IMG/VR virus record: IMGVR_UViG_2547132370_000003
Span: 1-44,862 of that record
Direction: 5' to 3' (one strand)
DNA: 44,862 bases
Origin: a virus
This document shows, one piece after another, positions 1 to 6,933 of the stretch (position 1 is the stretch's first letter; every line of letters starts with the position of its first letter). Both the position numbers and the translations under genes were made by a program. The notes under the pieces were generated by a model. It was not told the DNA's origin. It searched no databases and saw only the letters and a list, made by a program, of their open reading frames with translations.

Positions 1-44
1 TCATAATCCCTTGGTCGGCGGTTCAAATCCGTCCACCGCTACCA
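1..44 (+). tRNA. 3' portion of a tRNA gene with anticodon CAU (Met or Ile2 type); the 5' half lies left of the window
   Basis: The sequence parses as anticodon loop tCATaa, stem tccct, variable loop tggtc, T-stem ggcgg, T-loop ttcaaat, ccgtc, acceptor caccgct, discriminator a, then CCA. The anticodon stem is not the GGG/CCC type of initiator tRNA. Confidence 0.65.
1..44. repeat. attL core (tRNA-proximal copy of the 44-bp att duplication)
   Basis: tcataatcccttggtcggcggttcaaatccgtccaccgctacca is identical to 44819-44862. Confidence 0.9.
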
Positions 45-105
45 TCACGTTAGGGTTTATCCTCAAGGACTTAGACAACTTTTCTACGGCTTGGCCGGTA
101 TCGTT

Positions 106-146
106 GTTAGTCACTTTTTTTCCCCTGTTTAGAAATGTTAGTCACT
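106..146 (+). promoter_or_regulatory. Two direct copies of GTTAGTCACT (106-115 and 137-146), putative integrase arm-type binding sites
   Basis: The 10-mer occurs twice here and once near attR (44724-44733), all in the same orientation. Confidence 0.4.
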
Positions 147-1219
147 CCCCTCTTTTCCTGCCGCTGCTCCAGGGCGCGATTGGAGAGCTTGGCGATGGCA
201 TTCACCGCGCGGGTTTTCTGCTCGGCATGACGCACATATACGCTCACGGATGCGGCCGTAGTGTGTCCCGTGATCGACATGATTTCCCGTTCCGTGCATC
301 CCATTTCCGCCAACCATGATGCCGCTGTCGCCCGCAGGCCATGCCACACAATTCCTTTCAGCCCGGCAGACCGGATTGCCTTACTGACAGCGGATTGAAA
401 CTGCCCTAGTTCCCATGGCCTGCCCGGTGCGTACGTCAGGATGGTATCCGCAGTGCGCAGCGTCAACTCCCGTTCAAGGACGCTTTTCAGTTCGGGATGG
501 CAAGGTATCCATACCTTTGCGCCCGTCTTCTCCTGCACGACCTCGATCACGTCCCCATCAAAGGCGCTCCAGGTCATGGCAATCTGGTCGATCCCGCGTT
601 GCCCCGTACCCAGCGCAAGCAGAAGGGGCAGCCGAAACTGCGGCTTTTCCCGCAGGAAGGTCTGAATTTCATCACGCGTCCATGCCCGATAGCCCGGACC
701 GGTCTTGAGCCGTTTGGGACGAAGGGCCGGGTTATCGGAACGCATGCCGATCTCGATGGCGTAGCTCATCAGGATTGAGAGCATCGATACCGTCTTGTTG
801 GCACGACGCGGGCTTGGAATCGGGTCATCCCCTTCTTTCCGGCCGGGGCGGAAAGCGTAGCGATCGCGGACCAGCCTTACGGCTGCCCTGTCCAGTTCAG
901 ACACCAGCGCCATGCCGAAATCATCCTCCAGCGGCTGGAGAAACTTTTCATAGTCCTTCCGCGTGCTGGGCTTGAGCTGCGTCCATTCCGGTGTTCCCCG
1001 ATAACGGGCTATCAGTTCGGCCAGGCTGCCGGGAATAATGCCCGGCCGAGGCCTTTCGCTTTGCTCAAAACGGTTATGGATTTCCTGGTAGGACTTCAGA
1101 AACTCGGGGCTGCCGATCTCGCCCGCGATCCGCAGGCGAACACCATGCCGACGGTAATAAGCGTATTTTTTGCGACGGGCCTGATAGGTATTAACGTAAG
1201 GTAGAACGACGTTGGCCAC
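107..1219 (-). CDS. int: Tyrosine-recombinase phage integrase
   Basis: This lies within ORF 107..1435. The C-terminus carries HGLRATAASWLAEMG and ITGHTTAASVSVYVRH (H-x-x-R, H, Y catalytic pattern). The start is set at GTG 1219, with GGAAG 4 nt upstream, giving the N-terminus VANVVLPYVNTYQ. The upstream ATGs at 1324 and 1435 would overlap the xis-like gene heavily. Confidence 0.85.
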   Translation of the reverse strand: MANVVLPYVNTYQARRKKYAYYRRHGVRLRIAGEIGSPEFLKSYQEIHNRFEQSERPRPGIIPGSLAELIARYRGTPEWTQLKPSTRKDYEKFLQPLEDDFGMALVSELDRAAVRLVRDRYAFRPGRKEGDDPIPSPRRANKTVSMLSILMSYAIEIGMRSDNPALRPKRLKTGPGYRAWTRDEIQTFLREKPQFRLPLLLALGTGQRGIDQIAMTWSAFDGDVIEVVQEKTGAKVWIPCHPELKSVLERELTLRTADTILTYAPGRPWELGQFQSAVSKAIRSAGLKGIVWHGLRATAASWLAEMGCTEREIMSITGHTTAASVSVYVRHAEQKTRAVNAIAKLSNRALEQRQEKRGVTNISKQGKKSD

Positions 1220-1499
1220 TGGTCTTCCCTGCTGCCGCTGCAGCAGCAGTCCATGAATTCGTTGTCCGTTTCTGTCCGGGCCTGGCTGAGGCGGCCTGAC
1301 CCTTGATCCGGTCCATCCAGGCATCGAGTTCTTCAATGAACCAGACGACCCGGCGGCCGGAAATATGATGGGGTCTGGGCGCATTGCCTTCGGCCACTTC
1401 TCGCCGCAGCGTCGTGACACTGATGCCACCGGCATACGCGGCCGCCAGTTCCTCGCTCATGGCACGCGGCCAATACGGCAGGCGCGATGCATCCTTCAT
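1191..1499 (-). CDS. Small HTH DNA-binding protein, excisionase/AlpA-like
   Basis: MKDASRLPYWPRAMSEELAAAYAGGISVTTLRREVAEGNAPRPHHISGRRVVWFIEELDAWM has the Xis/AlpA-type pattern. It sits directly upstream of int. Its ATG at 1499 overlaps the upstream stop codon (ATGA). Confidence 0.6.
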   Translation of the reverse strand: MKDASRLPYWPRAMSEELAAAYAGGISVTTLRREVAEGNAPRPHHISGRRVVWFIEELDAWMDRIKGQAASARPGQKRTTNSWTAAAAAAGKTSGQRRSTLR

Positions 1500-1930
1500 G
1501 CCGTGACGTCCTTCCGTTCCTTTGCCATCCATGCCTGCACGCCGCGCGCACGGATCAGCTTCACATTCCCTTCCCTGACCAGCGGCCCACGGAATACAAT
1601 CCGGCAGGGGCTACCGCTTTCGACCACCTGGCCAAGGTACTGACCGGTCCCGTCGCCGTAGATTTCCACGTCATAGATCTCCTGCCCAAACTGGAGACCA
1701 CGCAGGCACGGATGCGCCTGATCGTTCAGGGCATGCGGTTTCAGTCCTTTGGATGCATACGCGGCCGCGATCAGGACATTGGCGGCTGCCCGGCGGTAGT
1801 TCTGCCAGTTGGGCACCAATGTGCCGCCATGGATGGTCTCGACCATGGCGTCAGGACCGCGCGGGTCATTAGAGGATTCGCACAGCGCACGCGCTCCGGC
1901 TTCCACGACTTCGCTGGGAATGGTGCTCAT
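1496..1930 (-). CDS. Hypothetical early phage protein
   Basis: A 144-aa ORF with ordinary amino-acid composition, linked to both neighbours by 4-nt overlaps. Confidence 0.6.
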   Translation of the reverse strand: MSTIPSEVVEAGARALCESSNDPRGPDAMVETIHGGTLVPNWQNYRRAAANVLIAAAYASKGLKPHALNDQAHPCLRGLQFGQEIYDVEIYGDGTGQYLGQVVESGSPCRIVFRGPLVREGNVKLIRARGVQAWMAKERKDVTA

Positions 1931-2640
1931 GGGACATCCCCCGCGATAGCCAGCCGCTGTTCACCTGCCATAGGGGCATGCAGTTGTGCCTTGCGCCCTT
2001 CCCTGTGGCCATCACAGAACGCCTGGTCAGACCGGCGCGAGGGCGGCGCAGCACGTCCTTCCGTCATTTTCTCCATCTCGCCCAATGCCGTGTCCTCATA
2101 ACGCAGCAGCAGCTGCTCTTCCTCGGGCGAGATGACAAGGCGCTGCGCCTTGCTGCGCACGGCAAGGATCCAGCCCTCGGCAAAGTTATCGGCCCGGCTG
2201 ATCTTGGTGGTGCGTTTGATGCGTTTGTTCTGCGCCCCCAAGAAGTCAGCACGCGCCTGGCGCAGCTGGCGGCTGAGCACATCGCACGTATAGGCTGCGA
2301 TCTCGGCACGGTCTGTCAGGCCGTAGAAACGGATCTGGCCAGATCCTTCCATAAAGACCGATCTTACCCCGAAGACGGCATTGATCATTGACCACAGACG
2401 GGTCTGGTATCTGGTCGGCCGGGTCTTCGCGCCCCACGTGAAGCGGCACGCAAAATCCCCTATATTCGACAGGACCAGATCATCCTCGGTGATCTGGTGT
2501 TCGTGCATGAGCTGCTGCGCGCGCGCCAGTGCGGCGGCGGCTTCGTGCGCGTTGCTGGACCTGGACAGCGCCAGCAGCTTCTTGAGGCGCTCCATGACTG
2601 CTTTCTGGCTCATGCCCTTTCCGGTAGTTGTCCCGGTCAT
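1927..2640 (-). CDS. DUF2786-like phage protein
   Basis: The N-terminal MERLKKLLALSRSSNAHEAAAALARAQQLMHEHQI matches the signature helix pair of the DUF2786 family, as recognised by eye. Confidence 0.65.
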   Translation of the reverse strand: MTGTTTGKGMSQKAVMERLKKLLALSRSSNAHEAAAALARAQQLMHEHQITEDDLVLSNIGDFACRFTWGAKTRPTRYQTRLWSMINAVFGVRSVFMEGSGQIRFYGLTDRAEIAAYTCDVLSRQLRQARADFLGAQNKRIKRTTKISRADNFAEGWILAVRSKAQRLVISPEEEQLLLRYEDTALGEMEKMTEGRAAPPSRRSDQAFCDGHREGRKAQLHAPMAGEQRLAIAGDVP

Positions 2641-2891
2641 GATTGGCCTCCCACTTTCCGAGGCATGCTGTAGGTCGTGACGAAGCTGCCCCGGTCGTCG
2701 TACCCGGACTTGGCCAGCATGCCGCTGCGCACCAGGTCGTTGAGGATCCGCGTGACGTGGCTCTGCCGTTTCAGGCCGGGCATGAAACGGCGTACGGTGG
2801 TGGCCGGGACGGCAGGCGCATGGGTGTAGCGGATGGCGTCGCGGTGGGCGTCCAGCACCTTCTGGCGCATGCCGATGTGGACTGTCTTCAT
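2637..2891 (-). CDS. Hypothetical small protein, possibly winged-helix
   Basis: This lies within ORF 2637..2930. The start is chosen at ATG 2891 (MKTVHIGM), which forms an ATGA overlap with the upstream 41-aa ORF. Confidence 0.5.
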   Translation of the reverse strand: MKTVHIGMRQKVLDAHRDAIRYTHAPAVPATTVRRFMPGLKRQSHVTRILNDLVRSGMLAKSGYDDRGSFVTTYSMPRKVGGQS

Positions 2892-3013
2892 GGCAGGCAC
2901 TCCAGAATGATCAGCCCCAGGCAACCCCATACGACGAAGAAAAACAGCACATGCGCGCCGACTTCCTGCGCTGTTGGCAGGTTGAGCCGGACGTGTTCAG
3001 GCAGGTGGATCAT
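2888..3013 (-). CDS. 41-aa hydrophobic peptide, below the ORF-track size cut-off
   Basis: Hand translation gives MIHLPEHVRLNLPTAQEVGAHVLFFFVVWGCLGLIILECLP. Its ATG overlaps the stop of the 3010..3324 gene and its TGA overlaps the ATG of the 2637..2891 gene, an ATGA junction at both ends. Confidence 0.45.
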   Translation of the reverse strand: MIHLPEHVRLNLPTAQEVGAHVLFFFVVWGCLGLIILECLP

Positions 3014-3324
3014 GCCGACACCTCTTTGCAGCGTGCCCGGTTCTCATCCCTGACGGCCAAAATATATGGCCCCAGATGCTCACCGATCTCGCCCTGCATA
3101 TCGATGCCCATGTCCACCAGTTCGACGGCGATACGTGCCGCCTGCTTCCCCAGCAGCGGGAGCACCTCCACGCCCTGCAGTTGCGCAATATCCGGGCCAG
3201 AACTGAAATGGGTTCCTAACGGAAACAGGCATTGAGGAAATTCGGCGGCTTCATTGAACGCCTTTACGGCCTTCCGATACTGCTCACGGATCTGCAGTGC
3301 CCGATCCAGACCACGAAGCTTCAT
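3010..3324 (-). CDS. Hypothetical early protein
   Basis: This is the C-terminal 104 aa of ORF 3010..3864 (MKLRGLDRALQIREQYRKAVKAFNEAAEF...). There is an ATGA overlap at 3321-3324. The longer N-terminal extension is Arg/Ala/Pro-rich and looks like out-of-frame sequence. Confidence 0.55.
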   Translation of the reverse strand: MKLRGLDRALQIREQYRKAVKAFNEAAEFPQCLFPLGTHFSSGPDIAQLQGVEVLPLLGKQAARIAVELVDMGIDMQGEIGEHLGPYILAVRDENRARCKEVSA

Positions 3325-3617
3325 GACGCCACCTTCCCCGCCTTTCGGCGCGCGGCGAAAATGGTTGCTTCGATCTCGCCACTGGCGTTGTCGATGGGGG
3401 CTGCGCGCAGCAGCAGGCTTTCCATGTCCATCCAGCGGGCATCGGCCTGACTGGTGGCGTGGCGGCAGGCCTGCTCGATGCCTTCGGCCTTTGCCTGCTC
3501 GGCATCGATCATGAATCGGTTGTGCTGGTGCAGCAGGTTCATGGCGACGGACTGGTTGGTCAGGGTCGAGCGCGATGCCAGATCGCGCGGCGCCATGGGG
3601 CGGAAAATGTCGGTCAT
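3321..3617 (-). CDS. Hypothetical early protein
   Basis: Starts at MTDIFRPMAPRD within ORF 3321..3812, with ATGA overlaps at both ends. Confidence 0.55.
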   Translation of the reverse strand: MTDIFRPMAPRDLASRSTLTNQSVAMNLLHQHNRFMIDAEQAKAEGIEQACRHATSQADARWMDMESLLLRAAPIDNASGEIEATIFAARRKAGKVAS

Positions 3618-3886
3618 GCTGCAGCGTCCTTCTTGTTCGGAACATGGCTTGCCACGCGGTGGCAGCCGATCTGCTGGGTGATGATATCCTCGGCATCCAT
3701 GGCGCGGGTGAGCAGCGCCATGCACTGGCGGATGCGCCAGCGTTCGGCGTGGGTGAGGACAATGCCGGGAGCGGGATTGGTGCACAGCGCCAGGCGCAGC
3801 TGGCGTTCGCATTCCTGCCGGCGCAGGACCGCGGTCTGCAGGTCACGCGCCTCACTGGCGGCAATCTCGGGGAGCGGAATGGTCAT
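3614..3886 (-). CDS. Hypothetical early protein
   Basis: Starts at MTIPLPEIAASEARDLQ within ORF 3614..3946, with ATGA overlaps at both ends. Confidence 0.55.
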   Translation of the reverse strand: MTIPLPEIAASEARDLQTAVLRRQECERQLRLALCTNPAPGIVLTHAERWRIRQCMALLTRAMDAEDIITQQIGCHRVASHVPNKKDAAA

Positions 3887-4245
3887 TTCCCCTCCCCCAT
3901 GCCTGCGACCTTCTCGGCAAGGATCGCGGCCAGCAATGTCTCCCATTTCCTATGGATATCGATGACAGCCCCGGCTTCCATTTCCGATGCATGGGAAGGC
4001 TGGCCGCTGAGGGCGATAATCAGATCGAGCGTTTTTTCCCGCCGGGTGCTGCGGAGCACATGGATACGGAACGGCCTTTCATCGCGCAGGTCGGACCGTT
4101 CGGCATCGGCGATCAAGGCGCGGGCACGGGTCTCATCCGCTGCGGTAAAGGCAACGTAGGGTTCGAGGCGGGAGCCATCCAGACGCATGGTGCGCAGCTC
4201 GATGACCTTTTCCGGCGGCTCGATGCGGGACAGGTCACCGCTCAT
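3883..4245 (-). CDS. Hypothetical early protein
   Basis: Starts at MSGDLSRIEPPEKVIELRT within ORF 3883..4290, with an ATGA overlap with the upstream gene. Confidence 0.55.
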   Translation of the reverse strand: MSGDLSRIEPPEKVIELRTMRLDGSRLEPYVAFTAADETRARALIADAERSDLRDERPFRIHVLRSTRREKTLDLIIALSGQPSHASEMEAGAVIDIHRKWETLLAAILAEKVAGMGEGK

Positions 4246-4724
4246 GACTGTGCACCCATCTGCTGGAGCACCTGCGCCATGCGGGCGCATACGCCCTCCA
4301 CATAGGCACGATCCCGGTAATCCCCACGCGGGCTGTGCCGCTTCATCTGAGCAAATACCGGTTTAAGATCACCCCAATGCCCGCAATCGAAGCCAAGCCA
4401 CCATACGGTGTCGGGCTCGCCGTCGTCAGGGATATGGCAGATCGACGTGGCTTCATCGCCATGCGAACAGCCGCCGGTAAATGTCAGACCGCCATGCGCT
4501 GCCTCATGAACAGCGTCCGGCATGTCATCATACGTCAGGCCATAGAGCGGATGCTGGGGCGGAATGCCCACATATCCGCACAGGATCCCGAGCTCCGGAT
4601 TTCGCTTGATCAGGCACGGCAGGCCAGTCGCCTTGTCCTGCCATTGAGTCTTGTCGGGCTCATTGTCCCAGGGACCGGGGCCAAACGGTTGTTTGTCCAC
4701 CGTGTGGTATTCACGGGTCTGCAT
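4242..4724 (-). CDS. Hypothetical early protein, first gene of the early-left operon
   Basis: A 160-aa ORF (…WWLGFDCGHWGD…). A GGAGG Shine-Dalgarno sequence lies 6 nt upstream of the ATG. Confidence 0.65.
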   Translation of the reverse strand: MQTREYHTVDKQPFGPGPWDNEPDKTQWQDKATGLPCLIKRNPELGILCGYVGIPPQHPLYGLTYDDMPDAVHEAAHGGLTFTGGCSHGDEATSICHIPDDGEPDTVWWLGFDCGHWGDLKPVFAQMKRHSPRGDYRDRAYVEGVCARMAQVLQQMGAQS

Positions 4725-4730
4725 AAAGAA

Positions 4731-4755
4731 CCTCCATCGCGGGTGGCGATGGAGG
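4731..4755 (-). promoter_or_regulatory. Perfect 10-bp hairpin between the repressor gene and the early-left operon; possible terminator/attenuator that also sequesters the SD
   Basis: The structure is cctccatcgc, loop gggtg, gcgatggagg. On the minus strand the 3' arm contains the GGAGG SD of the 4724 gene and is followed by TTCTTTATG. Confidence 0.5.
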
Positions 4756-4758
4756 TAG

Positions 4759-4806
4759 TTTCATTTAATGAAAGTATCTAGTCAAGAATAATTTCATTTA
4801 GTGAAA
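4759..4806. promoter_or_regulatory. Two direct copies of TTTCATTTA(A/G)TGAAA (4759-4773 and 4792-4806), putative left operators
   Basis: Two near-palindromic 15-mers lie 33 bp apart and flank a minus-strand TTGACT (4780-4785). The same TTTCAT/ATGAAA half-sites recur in the 5161-5252 switch region. Confidence 0.4.
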
Positions 4807-4809
4807 CTG

Positions 4810-5160
4810 TCATTTCGTGGACATCGCTTTTCCTGTTTTGATCCAGATATCCAATTTCTCCGAATCCAATTCATTAGCCAGCTCAGCGATTTCCTTATAA
4901 CGCGCGGCTTTTAGGCTTTCTTTTGGATCAAATAACAATTGCTCGGGGGTGGCTTTTAACAATTCCGCCACCCTTACGAATTGCGACAACGTCATATTTA
5001 CCTTACCATTCAGCCACTTAGAGACAGATGGTTCGGACATCCCAAGTCCCTCAGCTAGGTGTCGCTGAGTCACGCCACGCAAGCGCATCCAAGGTCGAAC
5101 GAACCGCAACGTGTGGCAGTTCAGCTCTACTTCTTCGGGTGTGAGATGCTTGTCGCTCAT
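4810..5160 (-). CDS. XRE-family HTH repressor (CI-like candidate)
   Basis: The HTH is GVTQRHLAEGLGMSEPSVSKWLNGKVNMTLSQFVRVAELL. The gene is divergent from a second XRE gene across a 92-bp spacer. Confidence 0.8.
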   Translation of the reverse strand: MSDKHLTPEEVELNCHTLRFVRPWMRLRGVTQRHLAEGLGMSEPSVSKWLNGKVNMTLSQFVRVAELLKATPEQLLFDPKESLKAARYKEIAELANELDSEKLDIWIKTGKAMSTK

Positions 5161-5172
5161 GGCGAAACGGTG

Positions 5173-5245
5173 CCACTACACGTGCACATAGTGGATGCCA
5201 CCACATGAAAACTTTCTTGACCTGAAAGTTTCATCTGAATAAATC
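5173..5245. promoter_or_regulatory. Switch region with inverted repeats overlapping a candidate rightward promoter
   Basis: ATGAAAACTTTC (5205-5216) and its near-complement TGAAAGTTTCAT (5223-5234) flank TTGACC (5217-5222). TAAATC lies 17 nt downstream (5240-5245) and 7 nt before ATG 5253. A second inverted repeat pairs CCACTA with TAGTGG (5173-5194). Confidence 0.4.
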
Positions 5246-5252
5246 TCGGTGC

Positions 5253-5486
5253 ATGAGCTTACGTGTCTTCCTTAAGCAGGCCGACCTGACCCAACGGCAA
5301 CTGGCAAAAATCGTGGGTGTTAGCGAACCCACTGTTTCTCGCTGGATCACGGGAACTGCTCTGGTACCGACGGAAAAGCTCAGAACTGTCGCCGATACAT
5401 TGGGGATATCGATCGAAGAATTGGTCCCGAAAAGCCCTGTTCCATCGTCTTTGACCGATATCTTCGAGCAGAGGGGGGCGGCATGA
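5253..5486 (+). CDS. XRE-family HTH protein (Cro-like candidate)
   Basis: The HTH is LTQRQLAKIVGVSEPTVSRWITGTALVPTEKLRTVADTLG. No SD is visible, so the mRNA may be leaderless. Confidence 0.8.
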   Translation: MSLRVFLKQADLTQRQLAKIVGVSEPTVSRWITGTALVPTEKLRTVADTLGISIEELVPKSPVPSSLTDIFEQRGAA

Positions 5487-5506
5487 ATATGATCCCCGCC
5501 CAAGAC

Positions 5507-6703
5507 CTAACTCTGCGTTCTGCGTTGCCAGAGATATTCTCCTATGTCGGGAATCGTCTGTCGTGTCTCTGCGTCCACTGCGGCCGTGATTCGGTCGATC
5601 TTGAACTGCCTGTCGTCCTTAACCCCCTCGCAGTATGCGTAAAGATCGACGACCTGGTGGGTATCCTCGGCAGGGCACAAAAACCCGATGCGGTGCGGGA
5701 CAACAGTCCGAGAGGTTTTGGTGCCGCTTATCTCGGTATAATCAATATTTATTGGGGCCGATTTCACATAAGCATCTTCCGGCGTCTCACGTCGATCGCG
5801 CACGATCTCTTTGACGGAAGTAGTGATGGACTGCAGGAATGCGACCAGCCCTGCGCTGTCGAGTACTTCGCCAGTATCCGGCAGCCATGCTTTTTCAATA
5901 TTGGTGAAAAGAAAAGCACGGCGTCCATCCCTCAGTTCGCAAAACGCATTAATGTTGGCGATCTGATCACATCCGGTTTTCCTATTTACGTAGACTGTAT
6001 AAGACGTAATGCAAATAGTTCTTTCGGTTCGACTATAGCCATCATTGTTATAGATGATTGTGATACGCTCTTTTTTTGTATTGCATCGTTTATAATCATC
6101 ATTCCAAAGGATGTCGGCTCTCGGAATTTTTTGTATTTCTGGCTCTTTATCAGAAGAAATTACTGTGTTTTGGGGGCTAACAGGTTCCACATTACGCGGC
6201 TGGGTATCGTTCCATATTCGCCGAAGCCACAGGTATTTCCCAATGTTTGGGATATCTTCTCCGGTTTCGGCATCAGCAGCTCCCTTGATCCGGCTGTATT
6301 TGAACTGGCGCGGAGCCTTCCGCAATTCGCAGTAGGCATGAATGTCTGTGATGATGACCACGTCATCCTTGTTGACGTAGAAATCGAGCTTCTGCGGCAC
6401 GATGGTGCGCTGGGTCGCGTCCCCTGCCCCATCCTGATAGTCGATGATGATTCGTGTCTTCTGGATCTCGACCGTGGAGATTTCCTGTTTGGCGCGGCGA
6501 CGTCGCGGATTGGGCGGTTCGACCTCAGCCGTGTTCCAGTCATGGAGGGCCTTCTTCGCGCCCGTTCTGGCAAACAGGACATGGATCATGGCTATCGGGA
6601 ACAATACCCAGCCGTAGATCAGCCATGGAAAGAAGGATCGGCCCTTCATCGCGGCAATAATGCCGGGCAGAGAGGCCACAAGAATAATGGCGATAATAGT
6701 CAT
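5507..6703 (-). CDS. Membrane-anchored protein with three tandem WYL-like modules (accessory gene)
   Basis: Two N-terminal hydrophobic helices are followed by three repeats of about 75 aa (nt 6227-6457, 5834-6070, 5531-5758). Each repeat has the pattern ..Y.D....(R)T..P....A(Y/F)CE....R.F...(R)I....TGE. The GC content is lower than in the flanks. The opposite-strand ORF 5483..6751 has no recognisable structure. Confidence 0.7.
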   Translation of the reverse strand: MTIIAIILVASLPGIIAAMKGRSFFPWLIYGWVLFPIAMIHVLFARTGAKKALHDWNTAEVEPPNPRRRRAKQEISTVEIQKTRIIIDYQDGAGDATQRTIVPQKLDFYVNKDDVVIITDIHAYCELRKAPRQFKYSRIKGAADAETGEDIPNIGKYLWLRRIWNDTQPRNVEPVSPQNTVISSDKEPEIQKIPRADILWNDDYKRCNTKKERITIIYNNDGYSRTERTICITSYTVYVNRKTGCDQIANINAFCELRDGRRAFLFTNIEKAWLPDTGEVLDSAGLVAFLQSITTSVKEIVRDRRETPEDAYVKSAPINIDYTEISGTKTSRTVVPHRIGFLCPAEDTHQVVDLYAYCEGVKDDRQFKIDRITAAVDAETRQTIPDIGEYLWQRRTQS

Positions 6704-6747
6704 TGTTTAATCTGTTCTTTTCCTGAAATCAGCCGCTGGGGGAGAGC

Positions 6748-6933
6748 ATGAGCATCACCCTGTCCATCCAGAAACGGGAAAAATATGTCGCTCAATTTTT
6801 TGGGCTTCCCGAGGACATGTTTTCGCAGATGTCCCTTCCCGTGGATGAGCTGGAAGAGCGGCTGCTTGAGTGGGAGTGCAATGCACGCAGGATCGCCTCC
6901 TGCGTGAAATCTGACCGACGGAGTGCAGCATGA
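6748..6933 (+). CDS. Hypothetical small early protein
   Basis: A 61-aa ORF with a GGGGAGAG SD just upstream and an ATGA overlap with the next ORF. Confidence 0.5.
   Translation: MSITLSIQKREKYVAQFFGLPEDMFSQMSLPVDELEERLLEWECNARRIASCVKSDRRSAA

Noticed and set aside
3010-3864. 284-aa minus-strand ORF (and likewise 3321..3812)
   Set aside because: The N-terminal two thirds are Arg/Ala/Pro-rich, which is typical of out-of-frame reading in GC-rich DNA, and they overlap better-looking genes. Only the C-terminal parts that begin at ATGA junctions were kept.
5483-6751. 422-aa plus-strand ORF spanning the same region as the WYL-like gene
   Set aside because: The translation has no recognisable domains, repeats or TM logic, and it is Cys/Arg/Phe-rich in an irregular way. 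The minus-strand frame gives a clean TM plus three-repeat architecture. It is treated as a shadow ORF, but this should be confirmed with coding-potential tools.
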